Positions 28,045 to 36,929 of a stretch of 41,176 nt of DNA are shown here, in pieces. Below the pieces are notes generated by a model that saw only the letters and a list, made by a program, of their open reading frames with translations, was not told the DNA's origin and searched no databases. How positions within the stretch are numbered: position 1 is the first letter of the stretch; each line of letters opens with the position of its first letter. Source of the stretch: a virus (lineage: Duplodnaviria; Caudoviricetes); the IMG/VR virus record IMGVR_UViG_3300029317_000047, positions 1-41,176 of that record; one strand, given 5' to 3'. The translations under genes were made by a program, and so were the position numbers.

Positions 28045-28746
28045 TTATTTTGAGGTATTAATTGCATAGTCAAACGCCTTTCCAAATTCAATTTCGAACT
28101 TGTTATTGAATACATTAAATATTGTTTCATTAAAGTCTAGGATTGCATTTTGTTTTACACTTTGTTTGATAATAAATATTGGGATAACAGTACGACCGAA
28201 TACTTTCTTAGTTTTTAATAATCGTCCAGTCTTCTTACTTCTCAATCTTCTGGTACCTGCATCCTTACCTTTAACTCTTTGGAATATTGCCTTAGTACTA
28301 TTACCCTTGCCACCGTTTAGTTTAGCTTCAAAGATTCTATTCCTTGACTTATTACTTAACAAGGTCTTAGCCTTCTTCTTGATAGCTCTGTTGGTTCTAA
28401 TGCTTGGGTAGAGATATTTAAATCCTTTAGTAGGTATGAAGATGTTACCTTCTCTTGTTTCTCCATCCTCATGATCTTGTATCCAATGGTTGGCACTAGG
28501 AATATATATTTCAACGTTATGTTTATTCTTAGTAGCTCTTTTCTTTTTAATACCTGCTCTCCCACCAACCTTATTCCATTTAGCTGTTACATTAAAATCT
28601 TTATCTATTTTCTTAGTCATATATAACATTGCAATTTCTGCTGTATTATTAAGGGCCAAGCTTGTTGCATAAGGTATTTGATTTCTTTCAATATCAGTTA
28701 GTTCTCTTATGATTTCATTAGTGTTTGAAGTTACAGTCTTACTCAT
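28045..28746 (-). CDS. gpZ-like tail completion protein, relocated upstream of cos
   Basis: QIPYATSLALNNTA motif; very basic. Confidence 0.6.
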   Translation of the reverse strand: MSKTVTSNTNEIIRELTDIERNQIPYATSLALNNTAEIAMLYMTKKIDKDFNVTAKWNKVGGRAGIKKKRATKNKHNVEIYIPSANHWIQDHEDGETREGNIFIPTKGFKYLYPSIRTNRAIKKKAKTLLSNKSRNRIFEAKLNGGKGNSTKAIFQRVKGKDAGTRRLRSKKTGRLLKTKKVFGRTVIPIFIIKQSVKQNAILDFNETIFNVFNNKFEIEFGKAFDYAINTSK

Positions 28747-29630
28747 GATACATATCCAAATCGTTTTTCTTTTATATATTCGGCAATCATTTTTGATTCA
28801 ATAGTTAACTTTTCATTTGCATCTGATATAAATTTATTTTCTTTATCATAAAAGTATCCCGTATGTTTTTGTTTAAATGAATCTCTTACCCATGCGCGTT
28901 GAGGAATATATGTATCTATTACACCGTTTAATAAACCATCAAAGTCTTTATAAAATTGAGGATTAGTTTCAGCTTTATATTTATCAATAGCTTCTTCAAG
29001 TATTTTAATATCAGTAAGTTTCCATCTTTTTAAATAGATTCCATCTGCACGTTTCTTACTTCCAGACTTCTTACCATAGGTATTCCATAGTATTTCAAAA
29101 CTATCAGAATAACTATGTTTACTCTTTTTATTTATAGAAGATAGATTGTTGTCTGAATCTTTAGATTCGACATATATATTCTTATTAAGAGTCTTATTGT
29201 CTTCGTCCGTTTTGGGGTCGTTTTGATTTTCTTTACTGTCCGTTATACTTTCCTTATTAGTCGGTACAATAGGAGTTTGTTCCTCTTTATCTTGTCCGTT
29301 TTGATTTTCTTTACTGTCCGTTTTGTGTCCGTTTTCATTTGAGGCGTGATTATATTGTTGTTGATTTTTTAAGAACCAATAGGCATGATGTTTATCAATT
29401 GCAAGTTTAAAGTCTTTCATCCACTCACTAGATGTGGTTTTACCCACAGACCAAGCCTTTGCATAGAATCTAATAGCATTTAATTCATCATCATTCATAT
29501 CTAAAAAATACTCCATGAAGGCTCTAGCTTTGTCTCTCTGATTGTTCATTTGAAGTGCTTTAACATAATCTACAGGAAGAGAAATGTAACGTCCTTTGCT
29601 ATCGTATACGACTTTAGTATGCTTTTTCAT
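28743..29630 (-). CDS. Replication initiator (O-like)
   Basis: N-terminal wHTH-like region, low-complexity linker with DNA repeats, FEILWNTYGKK C-terminal domain; adjacent to DnaB. Confidence 0.75.
   Translation of the reverse strand: MKKHTKVVYDSKGRYISLPVDYVKALQMNNQRDKARAFMEYFLDMNDDELNAIRFYAKAWSVGKTTSSEWMKDFKLAIDKHHAYWFLKNQQQYNHASNENGHKTDSKENQNGQDKEEQTPIVPTNKESITDSKENQNDPKTDEDNKTLNKNIYVESKDSDNNLSSINKKSKHSYSDSFEILWNTYGKKSGSKKRADGIYLKRWKLTDIKILEEAIDKYKAETNPQFYKDFDGLLNGVIDTYIPQRAWVRDSFKQKHTGYFYDKENKFISDANEKLTIESKMIAEYIKEKRFGYVS
29205..29335. repeat. Iteron-like repeats (probable phage origin)
   Basis: Perfect 26-bp repeat CGTTTTGATTTTCTTTACTGTCCGTT at 29219-29244 and 29297-29322; five GTCCGTT cores next to an AT-rich stretch. 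Confidence 0.75.
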
Positions 29631-29651
29631 TCTTCCTCCTTTGTCTTGTTA

Positions 29652-31034
29652 TTAATTAAGTATAGTATGGATGTTTATATTGCTATGTTCTTCAGATGAT
29701 TCCATTTGAATACCATTATTTTGAGGCACGTTGTCCCCACTCGTATACGAGATTAAAGGAAAAGAACCAAACTTATTAAAGGGTCCATTGAATTGTGTTT
29801 TAGCTGTTCCGCTTTCTCCATCTCTATTCTTACCTACTATTATCTCAGCTTCATTCACAGATGCCTCAGGTACACCTTGAGTTCTTTTATAATAACTTTC
29901 TCTATGAGGAAAGATAATAATATCAGCATCCTCTTCAACTGAACCACTTTCTCTTAAATCACTTAGCATTGGTCTAAAGTTTCCACGACTCTCTAACCCT
30001 CGTCCTAATTGACACAGAAGGATTACAACTACCCCAAACTCTTTCCCTATTGATTTAAGTGTTTTAGTTATGTCACTCACTTCGTTTGGTCTATTAATAC
30101 CCTTAGACTTTATAAATCGCAAGTGATCTATTGCCCAGATTTTAATGTGAGGATTTTTTGAGAATATTTTTTTTGCTTTAGCTTTTAAATATGAAACAGG
30201 AACAAAACTCTTATCATGAATGATTAAGTTTCTAGTAGTTGAGAAGTACTTCAAGGAAGCGATATATTTATTATGGTCTTTAAAAACACCTGCACCTAAA
30301 TCACTCAGACTTTCTTCATTATGACAAGCCATGAACCTTCTCATAATTTTATAATCAGGCATTTCTAAACTATCAAAAAGTACACCAATGTTTTGGTCCA
30401 TATTGAAATCAATGATATTAACAAGTAAACTAGTTTTACCCATGGAAGGACGTGCAGCAATGATAACTAAATCACCAGGTTCAAAAGTAACAATACGGTC
30501 AAGATCCCTTATTCCAGTTTTTAATCCTGCAGGTGCATCTTTTGCCTTGACAAGTGATTCTTCAAATTCTTTTACTATTTGCTCCATGCTTTTCAAATCA
30601 TGTTTATTACCAGTTTCACTTATCTTATATAATTCATCTTGTACAGTATCAAGAGCCTCAGATGCACTCATATCTTCTTCAATAGCGACTTTCTTAATAG
30701 TGGTCGCAAGTGATGCCAATTCTCTTTTAGTAGCACTCTCTTTTATTTCTAAAACATAAGCTTTTGTATTGGTTATTGAATTAGCTGAAAGAATTTCTAT
30801 TAATATACTATCATCAAGATCTCTTGCACTTATTTTTCTTCTAAGAAAATCTTCATCAATAGGTAAATCTGCAAGATGCATTGAAACCATAGTTTCGTAT
30901 ACGACTTGATGTGCAGGAAGATAAAAGTCTTTGTGTTGAAGTATTTCCATAATATCATCTATAATTTCATAATCAAAAAGTATAGATGACAACACAGCCC
31001 TTTCAATATTTATTGAATATGCACTATCAAACAT
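29652..31034 (-). CDS. dnaB: Replicative DNA helicase, phage-encoded
   Basis: AARPSMGKT, SLEM, IDHL, LCQLGR, LSDLRESGSVEEDAD and KNRDG motifs. Confidence 0.95.
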   Translation of the reverse strand: MFDSAYSINIERAVLSSILFDYEIIDDIMEILQHKDFYLPAHQVVYETMVSMHLADLPIDEDFLRRKISARDLDDSILIEILSANSITNTKAYVLEIKESATKRELASLATTIKKVAIEEDMSASEALDTVQDELYKISETGNKHDLKSMEQIVKEFEESLVKAKDAPAGLKTGIRDLDRIVTFEPGDLVIIAARPSMGKTSLLVNIIDFNMDQNIGVLFDSLEMPDYKIMRRFMACHNEESLSDLGAGVFKDHNKYIASLKYFSTTRNLIIHDKSFVPVSYLKAKAKKIFSKNPHIKIWAIDHLRFIKSKGINRPNEVSDITKTLKSIGKEFGVVVILLCQLGRGLESRGNFRPMLSDLRESGSVEEDADIIIFPHRESYYKRTQGVPEASVNEAEIIVGKNRDGESGTAKTQFNGPFNKFGSFPLISYTSGDNVPQNNGIQMESSEEHSNINIHTILN

Positions 31035-31260
31035 TTTTTTCTTCTTTCTCTAAGGAATAAGAAGCCACTTTATTGCCTCTTATTTCAATCATTTCACTTT
31101 CTATTTTCAATCCTCTATCTCTAAGTTCTTTAATTCTTTGAGCCAAATGTAAGCACTCAAATAATTTAAAGGCATCAAGCCCAGTTAAGCTGTAGCCCCT
31201 ATTTAAGTGGTCTTTTATTTGTTGAGAATGAGAAGCTCTTTTTATTGTAGTTTCAGTCAT
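31027..31260 (-). CDS. Winged helix-turn-helix protein
   Basis: LTGLDAFKLFECLHLAQRIKELRDRGLKI. Confidence 0.8.
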   Translation of the reverse strand: MTETTIKRASHSQQIKDHLNRGYSLTGLDAFKLFECLHLAQRIKELRDRGLKIESEMIEIRGNKVASYSLEKEEKNV

Positions 31261-31263
31261 GAG

Positions 31264-31443
31264 TTAGCCTTTATGATTCAATCGTGCCTGTTGTAAATAA
31301 GCTTTCGTATTAGCAATTAAAGTAGTCATATCTTTCATAGTTCCACTATTGCTATTTCCTAAACTCAGTTCTTTTACACTTAGACTTCCAATTTCTTGTA
31401 CTTCAAAAGGATATTTTATAGTACTGGGTATAAATTTACTCAT
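31264..31443 (-). CDS. Hypothetical 59-aa protein (not in the ORF track)
   Basis: AGGAGG RBS; MSKFIPSTIKYPF...RLNHKG*; fills the operon gap. Confidence 0.7.
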   Translation of the reverse strand: MSKFIPSTIKYPFEVQEIGSLSVKELSLGNSNSGTMKDMTTLIANTKAYLQQARLNHKG

Positions 31444-31452
31444 GATTTCCTC

Positions 31453-31956
31453 CTAATCTTCTTTGGTGATTTCTATATTTTGCACTTTGTTTTTTAATTT
31501 CATAGCAGCTTCAATAGTTTCATCAATCTCTTTAATAGATGCAGCAACATCATCTTCAGAAGCATGACCTTGTTTGATTAACATTTTTACAGAAGTAAAT
31601 CCTTCTCCACATTCCATAACCATGTTATCAGCAGAATCACCTAAGCTTTCTAACTCAACTTTTTCTTTTGGTTCTGTAGAAGTCATGATTTGTTCAAACA
31701 TTCCACAAAGATATTTTAAAGGATAAAGGTCACCTGTTAATTCTAATATATGGATAAGTTCAGCATCAGTTAAATAGTTCTTTGTATTTTTGGGTTTAAG
31801 TTTTGCATCAAGAGTATTCCATGTCGTACCAATTTCTTTTGCAAAATCTTCTTTAGCTATGCCCAATGCTTTACAATTAGAATTAATACTCTTTCTAATA
31901 GCTACTAAAAACCCATAATCTTTTGATCTTCTTAGTTCTTTTTCTTGATAACTCAT
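31453..31956 (-). CDS. CII-like regulator (186/CP76 type)
   Basis: N-terminal HTH and LTDAELIHILELTGD motif; downstream of the cro position. Confidence 0.65.
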   Translation of the reverse strand: MSYQEKELRRSKDYGFLVAIRKSINSNCKALGIAKEDFAKEIGTTWNTLDAKLKPKNTKNYLTDAELIHILELTGDLYPLKYLCGMFEQIMTSTEPKEKVELESLGDSADNMVMECGEGFTSVKMLIKQGHASEDDVAASIKEIDETIEAAMKLKNKVQNIEITKED

Positions 31957-31959
31957 AAT

Positions 31960-32226
31960 TTATACCTTCATCCTTGTTATTTTTTTTGAGGAGTTTTCTT
32001 TCTTATTTTTATCAGATAAACTTTCTTTAGTTATTTCAGAAGTTTTAACATCATCAACCAACACATTGTATTGCTTGGTGGTATTTAAAATAGCTTTTGT
32101 ACAAAGAGTACTTAGTTCTTTAGTTGAGATTGAATTACTTTCCTTTAAATCTTTTAAAAGATTTAAACTAGGAATGTTTGCCTTCCTAACTCTATGTAAA
32201 GAAGTACTGATATTATTTTTAGTCAT
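31960..32226 (-). CDS. Cro-like protein
   Basis: First gene divergent from cI; ATG at 32226 with a GGAG RBS. Confidence 0.55.
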   Translation of the reverse strand: MTKNNISTSLHRVRKANIPSLNLLKDLKESNSISTKELSTLCTKAILNTTKQYNVLVDDVKTSEITKESLSDKNKKENSSKKITRMKV

Positions 32227-32245
32227 TTTGCTATTCTCCAAATAA

Positions 32246-32328
32246 ATTACTAATATCGTAATTAATGTAAATTTGATTTTACCCGACTAAAAATTAATAT
32301 GAACTTAAAAAATTACTAAATAGGTAAT
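32246..32328. promoter_or_regulatory. OR-like operators ATTAC-N7-GTAAT flanking the leftward promoter
   Basis: Sites at 32246-32262 and 32312-32328; minus-strand TAAAAT at 32276-32281. Confidence 0.75.
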
Positions 32329-32362
32329 AAAAAACAGTTAAAATCGATATTAAAGGATTATC

Positions 32363-33028
32363 ATGGGAATTGGGAAAAACGTAAAAAACTTATTAAGTAA
32401 AAAAAAGCAACTTGACAAAAGTTTTAATCAAACAAACTTAATAAGATTTGTACTTAATAAAGATGAAGTAGAGTCAAAAGACCGTGCAGCTTTTAGTAGA
32501 TACTTGTCAGAAGAGCATGAATTCCCAATTAAACATTTAATAAGAACAGCCTTATTTTTAAAAGTAGATATAAAAGTGCTTATATTAGAAAAAGAAGAAG
32601 TAATCCCACCAACAAAAAAAGTTTATGTATTAGGAGTAAGTTCTTGTGGCGTTCCAAATGAAAGTTTTTTTAATGAACATCATGAGGAAGATGCAGACTT
32701 TGCTTACTTCACAGGAGAACAATCTCATGTATACGCACTTAAAGCTTTTGGTGACTCCATGGAGTCATATATACAAGATGGTGAAGTTTGTATTTTTGAA
32801 TGTCTTAAAAACAATGGTATAGAAGATGGTGAAGTAGTACATTATTCATATGAATATGGATCACCAAATCCAAACGACAATGGTATAAAAGTTTATAAAC
32901 TTAGAGATGATGGAAGTATCTATTTAAAGCCTCTAAATGGTAAGTATGACAATATAGAAGTTGTATACCCAGAGTTCTTGAAATTATCAAGACTTTTAGA
33001 AAAAAGTAGTAAAGCAAAAAAGTTTTAA
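32363..33028 (+). CDS. cI: CI-like repressor with S24 peptidase domain
   Basis: N-terminal HTH, SCG cleavage site, GDSME catalytic Ser and IKVY Lys. Confidence 0.9.
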   Translation: MGIGKNVKNLLSKKKQLDKSFNQTNLIRFVLNKDEVESKDRAAFSRYLSEEHEFPIKHLIRTALFLKVDIKVLILEKEEVIPPTKKVYVLGVSSCGVPNESFFNEHHEEDADFAYFTGEQSHVYALKAFGDSMESYIQDGEVCIFECLKNNGIEDGEVVHYSYEYGSPNPNDNGIKVYKLRDDGSIYLKPLNGKYDNIEVVYPEFLKLSRLLEKSSKAKKF

Positions 33029-33116
33029 AACCTAAATAATCACATTATAATTACAATTGATTTTCTTATCTTTTTTTAAATAAAATGTATAGATTTTATT
33101 TAAAAAAGGAATTTTA

Positions 33117-33347
33117 ATGGGAACAGAATACAGCCGTGGCTTTTGTCAGCAGTGTGATGATAATACAAAAATGCAATGCAAAACACCCAATCACATTTTA
33201 CATCTACTAATAACAATTGTACTCGGTATCTTCACATATGGAGTAGGAGCAATTGCTTGGATTCTAGTCTGGCTAACTTTGTCAGTAAAGAGTGGCAAGT
33301 TTATTTGCTCAACATGTGGAAAATCTTTCGAAACAACTAAAAAATAA
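33117..33347 (+). CDS. Small membrane protein with split CxxC motifs (LITAF-like zinc ribbon)
   Basis: CQQC...PNHILHLLITI..TM..CSTC; downstream of cI. Confidence 0.75.
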   Translation: MGTEYSRGFCQQCDDNTKMQCKTPNHILHLLITIVLGIFTYGVGAIAWILVWLTLSVKSGKFICSTCGKSFETTKK

Positions 33348-33493
33348 TACTCACAAGTTATTATAAGGTAAGTAATACACTTACCTTTTCCTTTCAATTA
33401 TACTAAATTAATTACATAATAAACAATTTATACCCATAAAAAGCTCAATACTTAGTCTATAAATCTAAATAAATTTCTTAACAAAAATATTTA

Positions 33494-33555
33494 ATTACGT
33501 ATATAGTAATTAGTTAAGCTGTAATTTATTAATCATCTGTTACAATTTTCGTAAT
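33494..33555 (+). promoter_or_regulatory. OL-like operators and rightward early promoter
   Basis: ATTAC-N7-GTAAT at 33494-33510, ATTAG-N7-GTAAT at 33509-33525, and GTTAC-N7-GTAAT at 33539-33555 overlapping TG-T-TACAAT (33538-33546). Confidence 0.75.
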
Positions 33556-33760
33556 TAAAGTTTAAGTTTGAACTTTAGCAGGTGAAAATAATCCTGTGTG
33601 GGTTAATAGGTAAACCAAACCTATTCGGCAAATTGTCGTTAGCAGTTAAATTAATGAAAAAAACTGTCTTATATATTTATATTCATGTCACCAATTTCCT
33701 ATAAATAAAATCAAAAATTCAACATGGAGTAAAACATCAGGTGTCATGAATATGAATATT
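33556..33760 (+). ncRNA. Structured leader RNA of the early transcript
   Basis: Three adjacent hairpins at 33578-33638 and a 20-bp stem 33673-33692/33740-33759. Confidence 0.5.
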
Positions 33761-33779
33761 AAAATTAAAAGGATAATTA

Positions 33780-33872
33780 ATGTTAGAGCTTTCATTAGAA
33801 ATGATTTGTGGCATAAGTATTTTATTAACACTAACTGCAGCAGGTTATTTACCTGATTCATATTGGACTTAA
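33780..33872 (+). CDS. 30-aa hydrophobic peptide (not in the ORF track)
   Basis: AAGGA RBS; MLELSLEMICGISILLTLTAAGYLPDSYWT*; coupled to the next ORF. Confidence 0.65.
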   Translation: MLELSLEMICGISILLTLTAAGYLPDSYWT

Positions 33873-33873
33873 A

Positions 33874-34080
33874 ATGGAAAAGTCAATATTCCATGAATTA
33901 GATGATTATATCTATATAGGTAAAGCAGATGTTATCAATGCTGAAAAGTTGGTAATTCATGTAGATTATAAAGATGGTCCACCCATAATCACAACAATAG
34001 ATCTTAAAAATATATCTTCACTAAAAACCAAACTCATTCCAAAGGAAGAAAATGCACCCACAAAAAGCAGAAGCACATGA
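33874..34080 (+). CDS. Hypothetical early protein
   Basis: 68-aa ORF in an operon. Confidence 0.65.
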   Translation: MEKSIFHELDDYIYIGKADVINAEKLVIHVDYKDGPPIITTIDLKNISSLKTKLIPKEENAPTKSRST

Positions 34081-34201
34081 AATAAGAGAACTTCAAGATG
34101 AAAAGAAACTGATCTCTCGAAGTGTCTTTAAAGAATCAACAAAGGTACTTAATGAAATCAAAAATCTAGATGAAAAGGAGAAAGTTAAAAAGGTTAGTTA
34201 A
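34052..34201 (+). CDS. Hypothetical 49-aa early protein (not in the ORF track)
   Basis: AAGGA RBS; MHPQKAEAHEIRELQDEKK...VKKVS*. Confidence 0.6.
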   Translation: MHPQKAEAHEIRELQDEKKLISRSVFKESTKVLNEIKNLDEKEKVKKVS

Positions 34202-34253
34202 ATAATAGTTGCCTAGATTCGGTTAAGGCCAACAAGTTTTCGAAAAGTAAAAT

Positions 34254-34288
34254 ATAGAGTCATCTTTAACTGGTTTGCATGACTCTAT
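34254..34288. repeat. 35-nt ATAGAG...CTCTAT hairpin, copy 1
   Basis: ATAGAGTCAT-15 nt-ATGACTCTAT. Confidence 0.8.
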
Positions 34289-34331
34289 GTTGATATATTT
34301 AGACATTTAATAGTTGTTACTGCTCTATTAG

Positions 34332-34664
34332 TTATTTTTCGAAAAGTGAAGTTATTTTGAAACCAGTTTTTCCAAATGCTCCTTTTAATGATGCCTCTAT
34401 TTTACTTAGCCCTGGTGTACCAATTATCATGTCAAATTTACGAATACGAAGAGCTTCAAATATAAGATTTTTTCTTTCATATTTAGTTGTAGTTGTACCA
34501 CCAACATCAGCAACTGCAACGCAAAGAGTCATTGTTTTATATCCATTCTTTTCCATTCCAGTTGAATGTCCAAGTGTTGCCGTTACACAAGTTTCATCCC
34601 ATACTTCATTCTCCGCAAAAGCAGAAGAAACCATCAACATTAGAACTAATACAAATTTTTTCAT
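34332..34664 (-). CDS. Secreted two-Cys protein, paralogue A
   Basis: Signal peptide ending AFA; AGGAG RBS; TCV..TL and LCV motifs shared with 39206-39505. Confidence 0.75.
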   Translation of the reverse strand: MKKFVLVLMLMVSSAFAENEVWDETCVTATLGHSTGMEKNGYKTMTLCVAVADVGGTTTTKYERKNLIFEALRIRKFDMIIGTPGLSKIEASLKGAFGKTGFKITSLFEK

Positions 34665-34741
34665 TTAATACTCCTAGTTAATTTTTGATAATGAATAAAT
34701 TGTATCTTGATTTTAATTATAAGAACGAATTTCAAGAAAAT

Positions 34742-35088
34742 AAACATTTAAATGAACAGTATCAATACTATTTTTTTAAGTGTTTTAGTAATCGGACGAG
34801 CTGACTTTCTTTTAGGCAGACGATAGAACAAACATTTTACGAGGACAGAGTAGTGATGTGAATATCAAGTTGACTATTAATTTTTTTAGTGTCCTCATAG
34901 AGCCAATTTTTTGAAAATTGCTTGGCTCTATTGAGTACATAAACTCAATTAATTGATTGGAAAAATTCAATTAATTTTATAATCATGTTTATAAGTTTGA
35001 TTAAATCAAAAAGTTTTTTATACATAACAATACCTTTATATTTAAATAAATAAGGTTTAATTAAAATGCAGTACTTTATTACATTTTA
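34742..35088. repeat. Non-coding chain of back-to-back hairpins, including 35-nt hairpin copy 2 (34897-34931)
   Basis: Stems at 34742-34785, 34841-34896, 34897-34931, 34931-34948, 34947-34976 and 34996-35010. Confidence 0.7.
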
Positions 35089-35119
35089 AAAATAAAATTT
35101 TTGAGAAAAAGTTATATTG

Positions 35120-35512
35120 TTATTTGTTGTTGTCGGAGTCGTCGGTATTGCTACCGAATATATTAAGTAGTAGTATAGATATATATATTGGTTTTCTAAA
35201 TAGTGGTTTAAAAGTTTTTAAACACACAACCTGTTTTAAGTATTTTGTCTTGCAAATTCTTTTTGCAACATATAATGAGAGTAATCGTGCTCTTTTAAAG
35301 ATTCGAAGTTTTTCTAACTTACCTTCTTTTGTTGAATCGTCAATAGAATCAAGTTTATATTGAATTGATTTTTGATAATCTTCTTCAGTTATTAATTTAG
35401 TATTTATTGATTCAAATAAAGAATCAAGTAACACTTTATCCCAAGAACGTTGGAAATCTTCAAGATTAAATAATTTGGTTGACCCATCGCGACGTTGAAT
35501 GTATATTGACAA
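35120..35512 (-). CDS. Hypothetical protein with an ATP-cone-like N-terminal motif
   Basis: AAGGAGG RBS before the TTG at 35512; IYIQRRDGSTKLFNLED. Confidence 0.55.
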   Translation of the reverse strand: MSIYIQRRDGSTKLFNLEDFQRSWDKVLLDSLFESINTKLITEEDYQKSIQYKLDSIDDSTKEGKLEKLRIFKRARLLSLYVAKRICKTKYLKQVVCLKTFKPLFRKPIYISILLLNIFGSNTDDSDNNK

Positions 35513-35713
35513 AATAGCCTCCTTTATTAAGATGCAAAAATTATACACTAAAATGGTAACCTTTGCAAGAAATATTGTCTTTCCATTTTAAACAAAATAT
35601 CACATTAAAAACACAATTAAATAATTAATATCTAGTAAGATAAAATGTCGTATAGTTTGAAGAAGAAAATAAGTTATCATCATAACTACTCAATAAATTA
35701 AGGAACTGATTAA

Positions 35714-36928
35714 ATGCTAAAACACAAATTCGAAAATGATACATTAGGAAGAGAACTAATTGCAAAAAAATACGCTGAGTTCATTATTGGAGTAGAGGGG
35801 AATCATACTATTGCATTGGATGCGCCATGGGGTTCAGGTAAAACAAAAGTAATTGATTTTATTTGCGAAGAACTTGATAATAAAAAAGAAATATATTTAA
35901 ACTACAATGCTTGGGAAAATGATTATACAAATGAACCATTCCTATCTCTTATGAGTGTATTTTTTGATGATATTAAAGAAAAAAAATATACCACAAGTCA
36001 ATTTGAAAATATTAAGAAATACGCTTTCGAATCAGTTAAAACCAAAACTCCTGCTGTATTGAAAGGCCTCGCTAAAAAATTTCTTGGTGATGAAACTATT
36101 GATGCCATAAGTGGTGATAATAAAGAGTTATTACTAGATGTAAGTACATTTGCAATAGATGAAACATTTAAAGCACTAAGTAAAAGTAACGACTCAAGAA
36201 GAAAATTCACTGAAGAGCTAAAAAAATCAGTACAACAAATTCTTGTAAAAAAACAAAAGAAAAAATTTATTATTATAATAGATGAACTAGACAGATGTAA
36301 ACCAACATTTGCCATTGAATTATTAGAAAATATTAAACATCTATTTAATATAGAGGAAATAACATTTTTAATTGCCGTTGATAAGGAACAGTTAGCGGAA
36401 TCAATTAAATCAGTTTATGGAACTGGATTTGATGCAAATACTTATTTATATCGTTTCTTTGATTTTGAATTACATTTATCCATAAATAGTAACACTAGTT
36501 TTTTTAGTACAAAATTATATTCAATGTTTAATGCTTCCCACGGGATAACAGACGCAATTAATTATGCAGTAAAAAGTTTTGACTTAACATTAAGAGACTT
36601 TGAGCGAATTATTTCAGAAACATACCTTATTTTAATACTAAATCAGTTTGACCCTCGCCAAGATAATAGATTAGCCATGCAATTCATATTACTATTAATC
36701 TTAAAATATAAGCATAATGACGCATACTATATACTAGAAGACTCTCAAGGAATGGAATTTAATGAAATTAAATCCAATTTAGGGAAACTTGACGATTATC
36801 TAATATTATATAATTATTTAAATTTCAAGGCGAATTTACTTTTTAGTGGAACAGCTAATAATGAAGTTGACACACCTTTCAATGCAGAGACAAATCAATG
36901 TTTTAAACTTATCAGAAGTACATTATAA
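35714..36928 (+). CDS. KAP-family P-loop NTPase
   Basis: Walker A DAPWGSGKT, YNAWEND, Walker B IIIIDELDRC, LENIKHLF and YLYRFFD. Confidence 0.92.
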   Translation: MLKHKFENDTLGRELIAKKYAEFIIGVEGNHTIALDAPWGSGKTKVIDFICEELDNKKEIYLNYNAWENDYTNEPFLSLMSVFFDDIKEKKYTTSQFENIKKYAFESVKTKTPAVLKGLAKKFLGDETIDAISGDNKELLLDVSTFAIDETFKALSKSNDSRRKFTEELKKSVQQILVKKQKKKFIIIIDELDRCKPTFAIELLENIKHLFNIEEITFLIAVDKEQLAESIKSVYGTGFDANTYLYRFFDFELHLSINSNTSFFSTKLYSMFNASHGITDAINYAVKSFDLTLRDFERIISETYLILILNQFDPRQDNRLAMQFILLLILKYKHNDAYYILEDSQGMEFNEIKSNLGKLDDYLILYNYLNFKANLLFSGTANNEVDTPFNAETNQCFKLIRSTL

Positions 36929-36929
36929 A

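Noticed and set aside
27930-28130. 66-aa ORF upstream of terS
   Set aside because: It overlaps the gpZ-like gene and the cos-like signal, and has no RBS.
34200-35100. CRISPR array or solitary CRISPR repeats
   Set aside because: There are no identical regularly spaced repeats and no cas genes; the similarity is structural rather than sequence-level.
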